Both the position numbers and the translations under genes were made by a program. A DNA stretch of 64,000 bases, from the NCBI GenBank assembly GCA_044892525.1, contig CM097886.1, forward strand, positions 83,514,001 through 83,578,000. The letters are read 5' to 3'. Source of the DNA: Schmidtea polychroa. Its lineage: Eukaryota. Under the pieces are notes generated by a model. The model was given only the letters and a program-made list of their open reading frames with translations. It had not been told where the DNA came from and did no database searches. Below, in pieces: positions 40,346 to 53,437 of the stretch; position 1 is the stretch's first letter, and each line of letters opens with the position of its first letter.

Positions 40346-43300
40346 CCTATGTGCTGCGAGATTTTTGAAAAATATTCAAAATCCCTAGGTTTTATTAACT
40401 CTGAAACTACACAGGCGCCTCTTGCGAATATATTTTAAAGAGGTGCACCAAAATGATTTTTTTTGTTTCGGTCGAATTAAATTTTCAAAACAAAAAAAAT
40501 TGTTAAGAACAAAATTCAAATCATTATTGAAAATTATTAATGAGAAGGAAATGCGAATATAAAGGAAAGTTTTGTACATCTCAAAACCAGAAAATGTTGG
40601 ATATATCTATTATTAAATGGAGTGATGACATGTTATTTCTTCTGTAATCTGGATAAGCCATTTTCTCAACAACGGAGAATTCCCTTACATTAAATTTCCT
40701 CCACTTCCGAATTCAAGTAATGCGTGGTGGACTTCATGTATGATAGATAATATCTTGGTTTTTATTCTATTGCAGCAAATTTGTTCGCTCATTTCTAGAG
40801 CGTGACTTAACATTTCGTTTCCTGATCACTATTTTGAAGAAAATTTCTACTTTAAATTTTGAAGAAAGTGTCGAAAGTTATGAAAAGAAAAAAAAAGTTC
40901 TTTTATACTCATTGGAGTTCGGAGCCATTGAAAATTGACAGACAGTTTAGCAATATTGTATGGTAAAATTCGTGAGATTCTCAATTTACAATTCGTATTG
41001 AGTAATAAGGATTTATGACACTATCTACTAGGTATTTTCAAAAAGATATAATTTGAAAAACCACAAATATTTTGTACGGGAAAAAAACCAATATGCGCTT
41101 TTTGGATTTAACTCATTTCATATATATCAGCATCATGGTCGCCAAAATATTTAGCAAAAAGCAAAATAGTCATCACCCCAGTGGACATCTTTTTCAAATT
41201 TCCTTCGAATTCATTTTGAGCAAAAAATGACAAAAAAGATCGGGAATTTTATAATTTTTATAAAACTGGTTTACGAAGAGGTGGTNNNNNNNNNNNNNNN
41301 NNNNNNNNNNNNNNNNNNNNNNNNNNNNNNNNNNNNNNNNNNNNNNNNNNNNNNNNNNNNNNNNNNNNNNNNNNNNNNNNNNNNNNNNNNNNNNNNNNNN
41401 NNNNNNNNNNNNNNNNNNNNNNNGATGTCTAACATTAAAATAATATAAACATTACAAGCTATGTGATACCCAGTGCAAATCCCAATAGTAGACTAGTTTC
41501 GAGCTTTTGACTTTTTATTAAGCTTCTAGAAGCTAATTATAGAAGCTTTAAAAAATTTTAAAAATTTTGGTTTGTGTCATTTTGATTTTTAGATGATATT
41601 TATTTTATTTTAATTTTAATTTTAAATAAAATTTTTAAAAAATTCAGAAAAAGAAAGTATATCATTAAATTATATTATATTTATAACCAATGAGAATTAA
41701 GAAAAAGAAATAAAAGAAAGATAGAAATGTATTTACGGGAAGAACATTGCTAAATTCCAGGAGATCGACAAGGGCTCTCTTATAGTCGAAATTTTTTCAT
41801 TAAATACATTATTCGCAGCAAAAAGCTTAANNNNNNNNNNNNNNNNNNNNNNNNNNNNNNNNNNNNNNNNNNNNNNNNNNNNNNNNNNNNNNNNNNNNNN
41901 NNNNNNNNNNNNNNNNNNNNNNNNNNNNNNNNNNNNNNNNNNNNNNNNNNNNNNNNNNNNNNNNNNNNNNNNNNNNNNNNNNNNNNNNNNNNNNNNNNNN
42001 NNNNNNNNNNNNNNNNNNNNNNNNNNNNNNNNNNNNNNNNNNNNNNNNNNNNNNNNNNNNNNNNNNNNNNNNNNNNNNNNNNNNNNNNNNNNNNNNNNNN
42101 NNNNNNNNNNNNNNNNNNNNNNNNNNNNNNTAACAAGGAACAAGGAAATAACAACAATATTGTAGAAAAATGGAAAATCGAAATTTTCTTTGGTAAAAAT
42201 AAAAGTATATTTCTGGTTAAATTTTGATTATTAATCTATTGAAATCCAAATATAAAGCACATATTTTATTTTCCTGTTTAACTTGCAAGATTATTTTCAA
42301 ATATTAGAAAATATATTAATAATTTTCTTTCAAAATAATTCTTTTATCTTGAAATATGCTATCAAGCTTATAAAGTTAATATCTGGAAAATGTTATTTTT
42401 TTGAATATTAAAGTGTAGGTTTTTATAAATAAATTTTATATATGCCTATTAAAAAATATTAAAGACTTACAAATATTTAAAATTTAAAAAAATTTTAGCT
42501 GTCTAAGAAACTTAATAGAATACTTATAATTTCAATTCATCCAATATCAATATTAATATAAATATAAGTTGACCATTCACAGGGAGTTTAATTAAAATAA
42601 ATTTAATAATCTTAAATTTGACCAATGAAAATTCGACATAATATTAGTTTGTGTTGTGTTGGTTGGCTAATTTTTATTTTGAGATCAAGTATTTCAGAGC
42701 CATTGCCTTATAAAATACAAAAAAAACAGTATTATCTTAAAAGCATGATTTCCATATAATTCAAAAGTTTGTTAATGTTATAACAAGTTCAAAGTCTAGA
42801 GTAAATGATGAGGACCTCATTTCCAACCGGGAAAAAGTCCGAAAATCCGTAAAACCGAATTTCTTTTTCTAAAATTTGAAAATATAATTTAAAATCTGAA
42901 ATTAAATTTCTTGTAATAGAAATCTATCTAATTAAGTATCCGACGTCTATTATTACAATAATATAATTACAATTTCCAAATAATTAAAAAAGGAATATTG
43001 GAAATTCCAAGTCAAGAAATCATCGAATTAAAATTTGAAAACCGAGTCAGGTGTAAATGAGTTAATTGGAAAGATCATAGAGAGAACAGATACATCAGAA
43101 TATGTTTAGAAAGAGTCACAATGTAAGAAAACGTACAAAAACAGAAAATCGTTAATTTGTTTACAAAAAGAAAAGTAAACAAATTGGATTCTGGAAAACC
43201 ATTATCATGACAACATGAGTAATGGGAAAGCGAGAAAAGATTATCACAATGGAGACGCACAGTGGAACAATTAATTATTTTTTTCAAAGGAGAAAAGATG

Positions 43301-43431
43301 AAAAAGGCCACGAGTCAAAGCTTGACAAAGAGAGACAATCTAGTTGAAACGCCATTAATCAATGCGATTATTTCAACTATATAAAGGAGCTCAAACTTAG
43401 AAGCAATTAACATTTTGCTTCAGGTAGGTAC

Positions 43432-43720
43432 TGTTGGGTTTTTAATTGAAAGTCGGTTCTCTCTTTGACTCCTCATGTTCTTATTCAGCCAAATAACTCA
43501 AACCCAACGCATAATACTTTTTATTAAATCTTTATCACAATTACAATTTGTCACTGGATTGCGTCTCAATATATTTCTCCTTCAAATTATTGATCGCTGG
43601 ATTAATAATAATGCCTTGTCAGCCTAAGGGTAAATCCAGGCCTACTTACACTCCAAACCTTTATAGTGCGTTTTTTATGTCAAAACGCTAGGAACCTTTT
43701 TAAAACCTTTTAGTACATAC
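43432..43720 (-). mobile_element. LTR-like family A, 3' end fragment
   Basis: Reverse complement reads AAGAACATGAGGAGTCAAAGAGAGAACCGACTTTCAATTAAAAACCCAACA. The other boundary is approximate. Confidence 0.45.
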
Positions 43721-46312
43721 TAATAAAGATTGTTTTTAAAATATTTTAATATATTATTTTATTCATTTTAGTCGTTTGGAGGTGTGTTAGTTTAAATAAA
43801 AATCCTCATTTTATTTCATATTTTCACAAAATAACTCTTTTTATCGAACTTTTTATACATGCCAAGTCAATCGGATATGAGGAAGTGGGTTTATAATAAA
43901 ATTCGACCCAAACAAACAATTAAGTGAAGTTAAATATAAATTTGTAATATATTTGTATTGTTTTCAAGGCTTTAAAATGAATACAATAAAAGTAAAGCGA
44001 TTATTTTGTTTTTTCATGCGTGCAAAGATTCTTATTCTGCAAACTTATTACATATATTCATGAATCATGAATATATAACAATTAATTCTTTAAAGGAAAA
44101 CATATTTCATAAAAAATTATAAACCATGTAGGCCTGCTAAAAACAGAATTCTACATTCGGGTATTATATAAATGGAATAATGAGGGTCTTAGAACTATTT
44201 AAAAAAATGACCTGAAATGACCTGAAATGACCTGAAATGACCTTGAAGTGCTTAATGCACATTGTTTAATTTAAATTTGAATTAGACTTTCTAAACATAT
44301 ACTGAGAGTATATGACTCGTTGTGTAAACTGTACAGCTTTTATGCAAATATTTACTCAAAAGTCTACGAAGTTTTAACACTAAAAATGACGAAATCATCA
44401 TATTGAAACTTTCTACAATGAAGTGCAGCAGACGGCCGCTTTGCTGAGAGGTTTGACGTTGTTTTGCTTAAAAATGAATTATTAGTTCAAATGAATTTTA
44501 TGTGAGTGCTATAGTGTGAAAACAAAAATATAAAATATAATTTATATAAAAAATTAATCAATAAAGTCAAAATTGAAATATTTTATTATTTATAATTATT
44601 TTTTTTAATTTGATTTGTTTGAAGACCCTTGGTGCGCACCTAGTGGACCTATACGTAAACACGGCACTGATGATTATTTCTTAAATTTTATATTTGGAGC
44701 AGTTTGTAGTAATTTTTTAGTGGTCCCTAACGAGTTTAAATAAAGGATTAATAATGAAAATAGAATCTGTAGTATATGAGCATCTTTCGTGCAAAACAGA
44801 AAAGGATAAAATACTTCCAATTTCCCCTGTTTTATTTTTATACAATATTGAAAATATCACTAGAGTAAAGGAGAACTTTTGGAAAACTGATTTACATTAA
44901 TAAATACTAGTGCTAAGTCCGAATTAATGACAACAGAACTTTACGGTTTGGACTATGAAAATGTCATCAATATATCTTTTCCACATCAGGATCTTATTTC
45001 CAAAAATTTATCTAATATTTAACAAGCATTTAAAGCAAATTTTCAGATTTGAGACAGAAATAAAATTTGTTTACAAAATTTTGTTTCGTATAAAACGTAT
45101 ATTATCTGAGAAATTCAAATTTAATACAAATCTTTATTGCAGTTTTTTATCATTATATTTTAGTAAATTGTTAGTAAGTTTAGTTTATAGTCTTAGCTGT
45201 TTAATATTTGTGCACAATTTGTCCTGCCATCTGACGACTGCATTTGAAATATTAATTTATTTTTTTATAGTTTTAAATTTGGGTTACTTTAACATTTTTA
45301 AACTATTAAAACTATAATTTTAAACGTTTTCTTTTCCTGAATAGAAGGTTTATTGATAAAATATATTAAAAAACAAAAAACACAGAATTTTAGCACCATG
45401 TTTGTGGATCACCTAACTGCTCGTAGCGTACCACCAGTGGTTTAAACGGTTTTCCTTTAATTAATACAGTATCTGAGTTTATGGCTACTTTGACAATTTN
45501 NNNNNNNNNNNNNNNNNNNNNNNNNNNNNNNNNNNNNNNNNNNNNNNNNNNNNNNNNNNNNNNNNNNNNNNNNNNNNNNNNNNNNNNNNNNNNNNNNNNN
45601 NNNNNNNNNNNNNNNNNNNNNNNNNNNNNNNNNNNNNNNNNNNNNNNNNNNNNTTTAAGTCTTTTGCTGCGAATTATATATATATATTTAATAAAATGAA
45701 AGAATTTTCAATTACACCCATCGCTCGCTTAACGAAAATTCATTTTACGAAATTTCGATAACATAGTTTTGTTTAACGAAATTTCTATTCATGAAATATA
45801 ATTTCCTTAAACCGAAATTTCAAATTTTTAAACAACTTTTCGCAAAAGAATTAATTTCATAAAGCGAGGGGTATGTGTATAAAAATTGTCCTTTTCAATT
45901 TCCTGGAATTTAGTTGCTTCCATTTTCAAATGCTTTTTGATCTTTTCTTTTATTTCCTTTTTCTTACTGTTCATTGGTTAAAAATAAACTGAATCAAAAT
46001 AAAACTTTTTTGAAAAAATCTAAAAATTCTTTTTAAATTAAATTTCCTTTAAAATTCAAAACAAAATAATAAACATTTTTTTAAGTTTTTAAAGCTTCTA
46101 TAATTAACTCATAATAAATAGAAGCTTTAAAAAATAATATCATAATATATTTATAAAAAGAATCTTCAAAATACATACGCAATTTAAAATAATTTAATTA
46201 TATTTTGATTTTTATTCCTAATGATTTCTAAAAGTTTACTTCCTTAAAATTTGATTTAGTTATTTTGTATATTATTTGAAAATTATTATTTTAAAAAATA
46301 TATAACAACTAT

Positions 46313-46543
46313 TCAGACTAATGATTTCATTGATTCTACTTTAACGTTTCTTATTGGCTGTCGGTTTATGATGAGAATTGCCTCTTTAAATCTGACATTT
46401 TTCTTTTCTTTAAGTCTTTGGAGCAAAATCCTGAGCGTACTTCCAATGTATATTTCTTTGCATGCATTACACGTGATGCAAAAGACAACGTTTTTTTCGG
46501 AAGTATATTTTCTTCGGTGACTGGCTGGTTTTTCACTGTGCAA
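46313..46543 (-). pseudogene. Penelope-like element GIY-YIG endonuclease relic
   Basis: KNVVFCITCNACKEIYIGSTLRILLQRLKE matches PLE NVVY.I.C..C...YIG.T.R.L..R..EH; internally deleted. Confidence 0.8.
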
Positions 46544-47599
46544 TGTTTTCGTTTTTTCTGTTATTTGCCAGAGCTTCCAAGAGCTTTCACTAATATTCTG
46601 GCTTAATTTTCATTAGATTGTGACAAATGATGAACTTAGTGCTGGTACCTCAGAAATCAAATGTGTTTAGCCTCAAGAGAAATTTGAAATAAGATAAAAA
46701 TGTCTAAAGTATTATCATTTTCCTGTTAGTTCTCATTAAAAATACTGATCCTCAAACAAAGTATTTAATTTTTTTATAAAATATTTTTAGCAATTTTAAA
46801 CAAGATTATTTCTTGCAATTGGGGTTCAAAACTAAATTGATTTTTAAGTGAAATTATGTTATTCATAATTATATTGTTTATAAATTACTGATTTTTCATA
46901 ACTTCGAAATGTTAATTTCACCATTAACAGGGAACAATGACTTAAAATGCGGCCTATCCTTAAATATCTTAAAATTGAAAATAACTACAAATGATAGGAT
47001 AAATTTAAAAAGAAATTCACTATTTGAGGTTTTGTAAATAAATTAATTGATGCATTCACAGTAGATAAAAATGTTTTAATTGACATATTTTTACAGATTA
47101 ATAGGCGTGACTTCATTGTACTAATTATAACAATAATTTTTTAATATAATGATTAAGGTCGAATTCAAAGCATTTTTAAATGAAAAAATTAATTTAATTA
47201 ACCTCTATTAATTAATATTGTATTGATCCATTTATTTTTTTTTATTTTACAATTAAAACAAATATTATTTAGATAGAAAGGATAAAACATTTTTAATTAT
47301 CTAATAATTATATAAAATTAATTTTGATATAAACCAGGTTAAATTTAATTTATAACATAATTATGAGTGCTAAGTTTGTATTATAAATTTAATTTAAAAT
47401 ATTTTGTATTTATCCAAAATTCATAAAAAATAGCTATTTTAAATGCTAACAAATATATTAGGGTTTCGCGAGTATAATTAAAACAAATACGAATAATCCA
47501 TAAATCCTTTTGCTAAAAACCATGAAAACTAATTAAAAAATATTTTCCCCAGGAAAAGATTCTTTGTGATTTTTCAAAAATGTTGACATAAATACTATA

Positions 47600-48440
47600 A
47601 ATACATAAATAATAAATAATATGATAAATAAATAAATATTACCTGGGAGAAAATCGTCATGACGAATGAGAAGAATGAGACGAAAGTAAAAAGAAGTGAG
47701 AAATGAGAAAGATAAATCAAACAAGAAATTAAAACAAAGATCAACATTAATTAAGAAGTACAAAGAGGAAAAGGAATTTCAAATTCCAAAAACAAGAACA
47801 GGAGAAAAATGTATATCTTAACAGCTTGTCACATTTATCGGAATTGCAGGGAAAATCGGCCTAACAAAAAAATGGAAAAAACAAGGCATATCTCGACATG
47901 TGTCAGATATAAGACAGGAACAGTGGAAAATGCAAAAGGAGAAAAAATAAGAAAACAAAAATACCACAAATGTAGTATGCTATAAAAGGGAAGGACACAG
48001 AAGTCAGTAGAGTGGAAAAAACGGAGTTAAAGCAGAATTAAAGGAGGTGATTCAGAAATATTTAATTGGGAGAGTGACGAGAATCTTTGGAAAAATTTAA
48101 TATAAAAATAGAAGTGTAGTAAAGAATTTGTGATCAAAGCAAATAGAGCAATTGATTAACGTACCTGTGAGTGAGTAGGTTGACGACTAGTGATTATTGT
48201 TATTATTATTGGCAATTATACACGGATAGCTATTCTTCACGTAAGTGTCACAATAAGCTCTGTATAATTCTCTGTTTTAGAGTTGATTGGTTTTGTAATT
48301 GGAACTTGTACAATATATTGTGAATATTAATAAAGGTTTATTTTGTTCGAGAGAGTATATTTGTAAATCGATAAAACACGCTAGGAGTCAGAGACGGGCT
48401 TGTTGAATTTATAGTTCATCACTTATCAATAAACCCAACA
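47600..48440 (+). mobile_element. LTR-like family A copy (left boundary approximate)
   Basis: AAAACACGCTAGGAGTCAGAG...AATAAACCCAACA 3' end; purine-rich body. Confidence 0.4.
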
Positions 48441-48909
48441 AAATTAATTTTTGAAAAATATTGAAATTTTAGAAACCTACATTTTCGCACCAATTTTATA
48501 AATTTACATTGGAATGTGGTAAAATATATGAAAAATGGAATTTTTAAGTTAGAGAAAGTGTTATTTGAAAAATGGTAGAGATCGTCGAAATCTGCATTTT
48601 AGCTGATCATGAAATGTTAGTATAATATTGAAAAGGCGGTAAAATCACTTTATCAGTTTTCAAGCTTCCCATGCTTGTCTTTATATATGATTAGTCTGAT
48701 GCTTTGAAAATTTTGAAAGTATCGTTTGTTATTTTGTTCTAATAGTTGAGACAAGTCTTTTTGAAAACCACAACTTTTACGATTTCATTCTAAGTTCCTC
48801 AAATCCAGAAAAAGTAAAATTCTATGAGTTGACAATTTTCGTAATGTTTAATATATACAATTCTAAGAAATTTTTTTTCAAATTTCACCACTGATTTTTT
48901 TTTTCATTG

Positions 48910-48992
48910 TATTTATTAAAAAGCTTAAAGACTATGAATCAGTAAATATTACTGATTTACTGATTCAAAGTCTTCAAGCTTTTTAATAAATA
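48910..48992. repeat. Long hairpin (38-bp stem, 2 mismatches, 7-nt loop)
   Basis: TATTTATTAAAAAGCTTAAAGACTATGAATCAGTAAAT-ATTACTG-ATTTACTGATTCAAAGTCTTCAAGCTTTTTAATAAATA. Confidence 0.9.
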
Positions 48993-50479
48993 TAATATAT
49001 ACAAGTCTAGATTTCACGTATTTAATATATAGACATCTACTTTACAGTATTGACTTTATATTGACCTTATATTACAAAATTAATATCCCATTTCACATGC
49101 ATGTTATTAATGTTTTTCAAGTAATATAGTTAAACATGATGTTCATCATTCACAAAAATTGCAAAATTGTGAAACAGAATACAAATAATGTTTACATGTA
49201 GTAAAGTTCAGATTTTTGACGAAACATTTTTATGCGTGTAATCGATTGTGCATCATTATTATTAAGACTTTTTCTTTCATACTGAAATATACCAATTACG
49301 AAGTCAAGAATATAAGAGATGAGTCAAATAATTATTCGAAGTGTCGAAAAAACTTTCAAAAATCCTAATCGGTAATAGTTTGCTTAATTTTTAGTATTTA
49401 ACTTCACGAGAGAAAGATGTTAATCTTCCAATTAGGGTTCAAATATTTCTGTAATTGGACATATTGCAGTTGGTACATCCGTTATTTAGATAAATCTAAA
49501 ACAGTAAGATCAATATAACTAGATTCATCTTAAACAATTCAAATCGTTATTCGGATGAGCTGCAAAAATATCGTTATCAATTATGATGCACTTTCTGAAA
49601 GACGATTTTGATGAATATATAATCATCTTTTCAAATGAATTAAATAATTTCAAATTCATCCTCCGTTTCAGATTTTCAACGAATTTAGCATTATTAGGAT
49701 TTGTCTAGAGAGGCGCAATAAAAATTTAATTGAGTGGAAATCGATAATAAATGGCAAAATTTATTAAAAATCAAAAAATAAAATGCAAAAATTAATTAAA
49801 AAATTGGGAAAAAATAAGAATACAATAATATGAAAATCAATGAAGGCCGTTTCAAAAAAGCTTTTCAAAAAACACCAATTAATAAAAACAAATTAATTGG
49901 TAAGTGGGAAACCCCAAGCAATAAATGAAAAAATAAATGAGATTAGCCTTTGTTCAATAATTAACAATGAGATCAATTTATCTTAAAATCAAATAAGCAG
50001 CAGAGAATCTCTGGAAAAAGGTGAGAGGTTGCCTTCTTCATTATTTTGTTTTTTTAACCATAAATACCGCTTACTTAAGTGTTTTTACTTTCGAAATGTT
50101 TGCCTAATTTAAATATTTTGTTTTGAAAAACTGCTATGAAAACTGGCTAAGGGCTAGTTGGTCGAAGATAACATTTTGAATAATTGAATAACATTGAATA
50201 GTTCAAGAATAGTTAGAGTTAGTGAATTGACAATACTGTTAGAAATTTTAGTGAAATTGAATACAATATATTGTGTTGAGTGTCATTGTTTATTTTTAAC
50301 TAAAGAGTACCTGGAGTCAGAATGTGATACCCCCCTTTACAATAATAACTCAACAACATAGTTGTATTTGTATTAATATATTCTTTAAATATTGGAATCT
50401 GCATAAACCTAATTGTCCTATGAATATTTACATTGAAATATTTGAATTTTGAACTTGGAGCCAATTTTGAGTTTCAATT

Positions 50480-50800
50480 TAAAAAGCTTCATGAATGAAA
50501 TTAGTCATTCTTTTGTCTTCAAATATATGTACGTTGTAGAATGATGATTCATCAATAGCAAAATGCACAATTTCCTTCATCTTTCACGGACAAATTGTAT
50601 GTTTCGAATTAAGTCCAATCTGATATCCGGTTAATAATAATGCTTCAACTCGAACTCTTTTTACCATTAATTGAACATCTACTAATTGAAATTTTAACGC
50701 TCAGAATATAATGATAATGCAGAATTAGATCCCTTCAATTTAATGTGAATATTAATACATGGGAGTAAATATTTTTCTGATACGTGAAATCAAACGGTAA
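50480..50800 (-). pseudogene. Probable Polinton/Maverick major capsid protein (double jelly-roll) fragment
   Basis: SEKYLLPCINIHIKLKGSNSALSL, then frameshift, LVDVQLMVKRVRVEALLLTGYQIGLNSKHTICP*KMKEIVHFAI. Resembles Polinton MCP (Q.R.LLNG.D..IKL.RS..F.L ... I.DA.L.V.KV.V...AH..AL....AKYP) by recalled consensus only. Confidence 0.5.
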
Positions 50801-50856
50801 GGAAAAACACGTTGTCAACACTTTTAAGCCTTTAATCCAAATTTTTCCTTACACGT

Positions 50857-51615
50857 GGTTCCTGTTCACTAAATATACCGCTAACTTCATTATTATCGCC
50901 GTTTTTATTGATATATTTGACCGAATTTTGAGTTGTTTATTCTTTGGTATTTGAAATACTTCAACACTCCAATTACTATCAAAATTCTAAATGAATCGTG
51001 GAATCAAATATTTAATATATATTTTAACATGATAACCGACTTTATATTTCGGCTTTTATTTTTATTTTGAATATAACACCTTTCTTTTGATGTTACATCA
51101 ACCATTTCCAATCCCTTTAGAACCCAAAGTTTAAACTAATATAATATGAATCACTGCAACTATGAAATATTTTCGATAAAACATTTACTCATGTTTTATT
51201 ACCTTGATTTATAAAATACATTTTGAGTTTATCTCTCAATATTTTATTAATTCGTTCAAAACGGGCTGCTTTGAATTCTGAAAATACCGAGTAATATTTT
51301 ATTATATTAATAATTTCTTTAAATTTACTATTGTAAAATTTTAGTCAAATCTGTATAAAAATTATTTGGTTTTCCACTTCTAAACATTGATTTTAATTTT
51401 AAAGTCTTTTTATTTGCAAATTTTGTTTTGATTGAGATTGCACGAGCTAATCAACTGAAAACATCAATGCTTGTCAAAATATTCTCATAGTTCTTGTTAA
51501 TTGTTGAAAATGGAATCATTTTCATCAAATCCATTTGTCATAAATTGATAAAAATATATGTTCTTGTGGGAAATCTTTTCAACGTCGGTTTGTTTAGACA
51601 AAATCTGGGTAAACT
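50857..51615 (-). pseudogene. Polinton/Maverick retroviral-type (c-)integrase, decayed
   Basis: KPTLKRFPTRTYI...L*QMDLMKMIPFSTINKNYENILTSIDVFS*LARAISIKTK; FYTD; FYNSKFKEII; KYYSVFSEFKAARFERINKILRDKLKMYFINQGNKT*VNVL; KPKYKVGYHVKI; NWSVEVFQI; SGIFSEQE. All three DDE residues and the Polinton-type C-terminal domain are present. Confidence 0.88.
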
Positions 51616-52461
51616 AGGGTCCTTGAGTTTACTTTTTCGTAACGCATTTTAAAAATAAAACATAATGCATTGAAGAAATTGCAAGACAGATGCAGTACAA
51701 TTGCAAAACATAATTCATATAGGTCACATACACAACGTTTAAACATTGCTAATGTACAAGATTCATGTTAATTCAGTTGAATGGATTTTACCGGAGGCTT
51801 GCGTAAATTAGCAAATACAAATTCGAAGACAAATCTAGTCAGCATCATGTTTTAAGTAAGCACTCAGTTTCAGCTCCAAGTAAAAAAGCCCAGTGATTAT
51901 TCTTTTTTTTACAAAGTTAATAAATACTGGTTTTAATAAATATTGTTATTATTATTTTGATTGTCTTAAATATTTTACCTACATATATCGAATAAATAAC
52001 ATTCACCTGAGTTGCCCCGACACAAAGGAGACTCTGATGGGCCCTACAGACTCCTATAAATACACGCACCGAAAAAATAACAAATTTGAAGAAATCCCAT
52101 TAAAAGTTAATGAATGCTGGTTTAACAATATCTCAGTCAAAATATACAAAATCAATTCAATTTGGAAGTCGATCTTGCTAAAATCTAATTAGAATTTTAA
52201 TTGTTTTGTTTAGTATATATGTTTAATCAATACATGGTCTTCTTAATTATTTTTTACCCGTGGATATTTTATAAGGTACAATGTTTATGGTGTCGTAATT
52301 ATGATATTGTAGAGGTTTTCACCTTAAATTGAACTATTTTCATGATTACAATGGTTACCATGCTGTTTATATGGTATTCTATGACTTACTTTAAAAATTA
52401 AAAACAAATTTCACCGACTTTTTCTAAGGGATCTTGGCCTAAATCTGACAGGCTTATCTAC

Positions 52462-52462
<1 letters not shown>

Positions 52463-52550
<88 letters not shown>
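52463..52550. repeat. (ATT)n microsatellite
   Basis: About 29 uninterrupted units. Confidence 0.97.
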
Positions 52551-52551
<1 letters not shown>

Positions 52552-52733
52552 GTATAAAATGATGATTGCTTGGTAGCAGCATTTATTATTTAAAACAATA
52601 AAATGATAATTTAAGCCTTTTGCTGCAAATAATGTATTTAATGAAAGAATTTTCGACTATACGATAGTCCTTGTCAATTATTATAATTATTATTATTTTA
52701 TATTATTATTATAATTATTATAATTATTATTAT

Positions 52734-53437
52734 TGTTGGGCTAGAACTGGGTTCTAGACACAAACTTCTAATTGTGACTGAAATGCGTAGGTACACAGCA
52801 TGCAAAAAGCAAAAAGTGTAGTTAAATATTAAAAATACACCAAATAAACAATATTAATTAAAGGAGAAAACAACAAAAGAATAAACACAGAAATTAAATA
52901 AAATTATATCAAAAGCAAGAAGTTATGCAACATCGAACTCAAAAATAACCAAATAAACATAGAGTTACAAAAAACAAACTCGAATAACTTAACAGACGGT
53001 AAAAATAGTAAAAAATTCCAGAAAAACCCAAAACATTCCATAAAAATGGTGATGACCATCACAAAAGCTATCTAAAACCATAAAAAGGAGAGAAAATAAA
53101 TAAATTAGTATTAAAAATAAAAATTCTTAAAAAGAAATTCGTAAAATATCAGTTAAAATAAAAATTAATTTAAAGTAATATGGAATGTTCTGGAACCGTT
53201 CCAAATCCATCATGGACGTAAAAATAACAAGAAATAATTAAAAAATAAAAGTTTAAAAATAAAAATAAAAATTATGGCACTAAAATTGCCATTAAAAATA
53301 TCAAAATTACAAAATAGAAAATTCTGGAATAAAAAGAATTCGAGTTTGTTTTAATGCATCAATACATACACGTGTACAAAACAGGTATATATACCGACGC
53401 ATTTTCGTCACAATTCAGATATTTTTGTATGCCAAAA
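52734..53437 (+). repeat. A-rich LTR-like repeat, family B
   Basis: Starts TGTTGGG after TTA repeats; 3' end shared with 31486-32617. Confidence 0.4.

Noticed and set aside
44955-45317. 120-aa Phe/Leu/Ile-rich ORF (similar: 4926, 47533)
   Set aside because: Composition expected from AT-rich non-coding DNA.
51893-52192. 99-aa plus-strand ORF beside the Polinton integrase
   Set aside because: Low-complexity N-terminus, non-ATG start, no recognisable Polinton motif.
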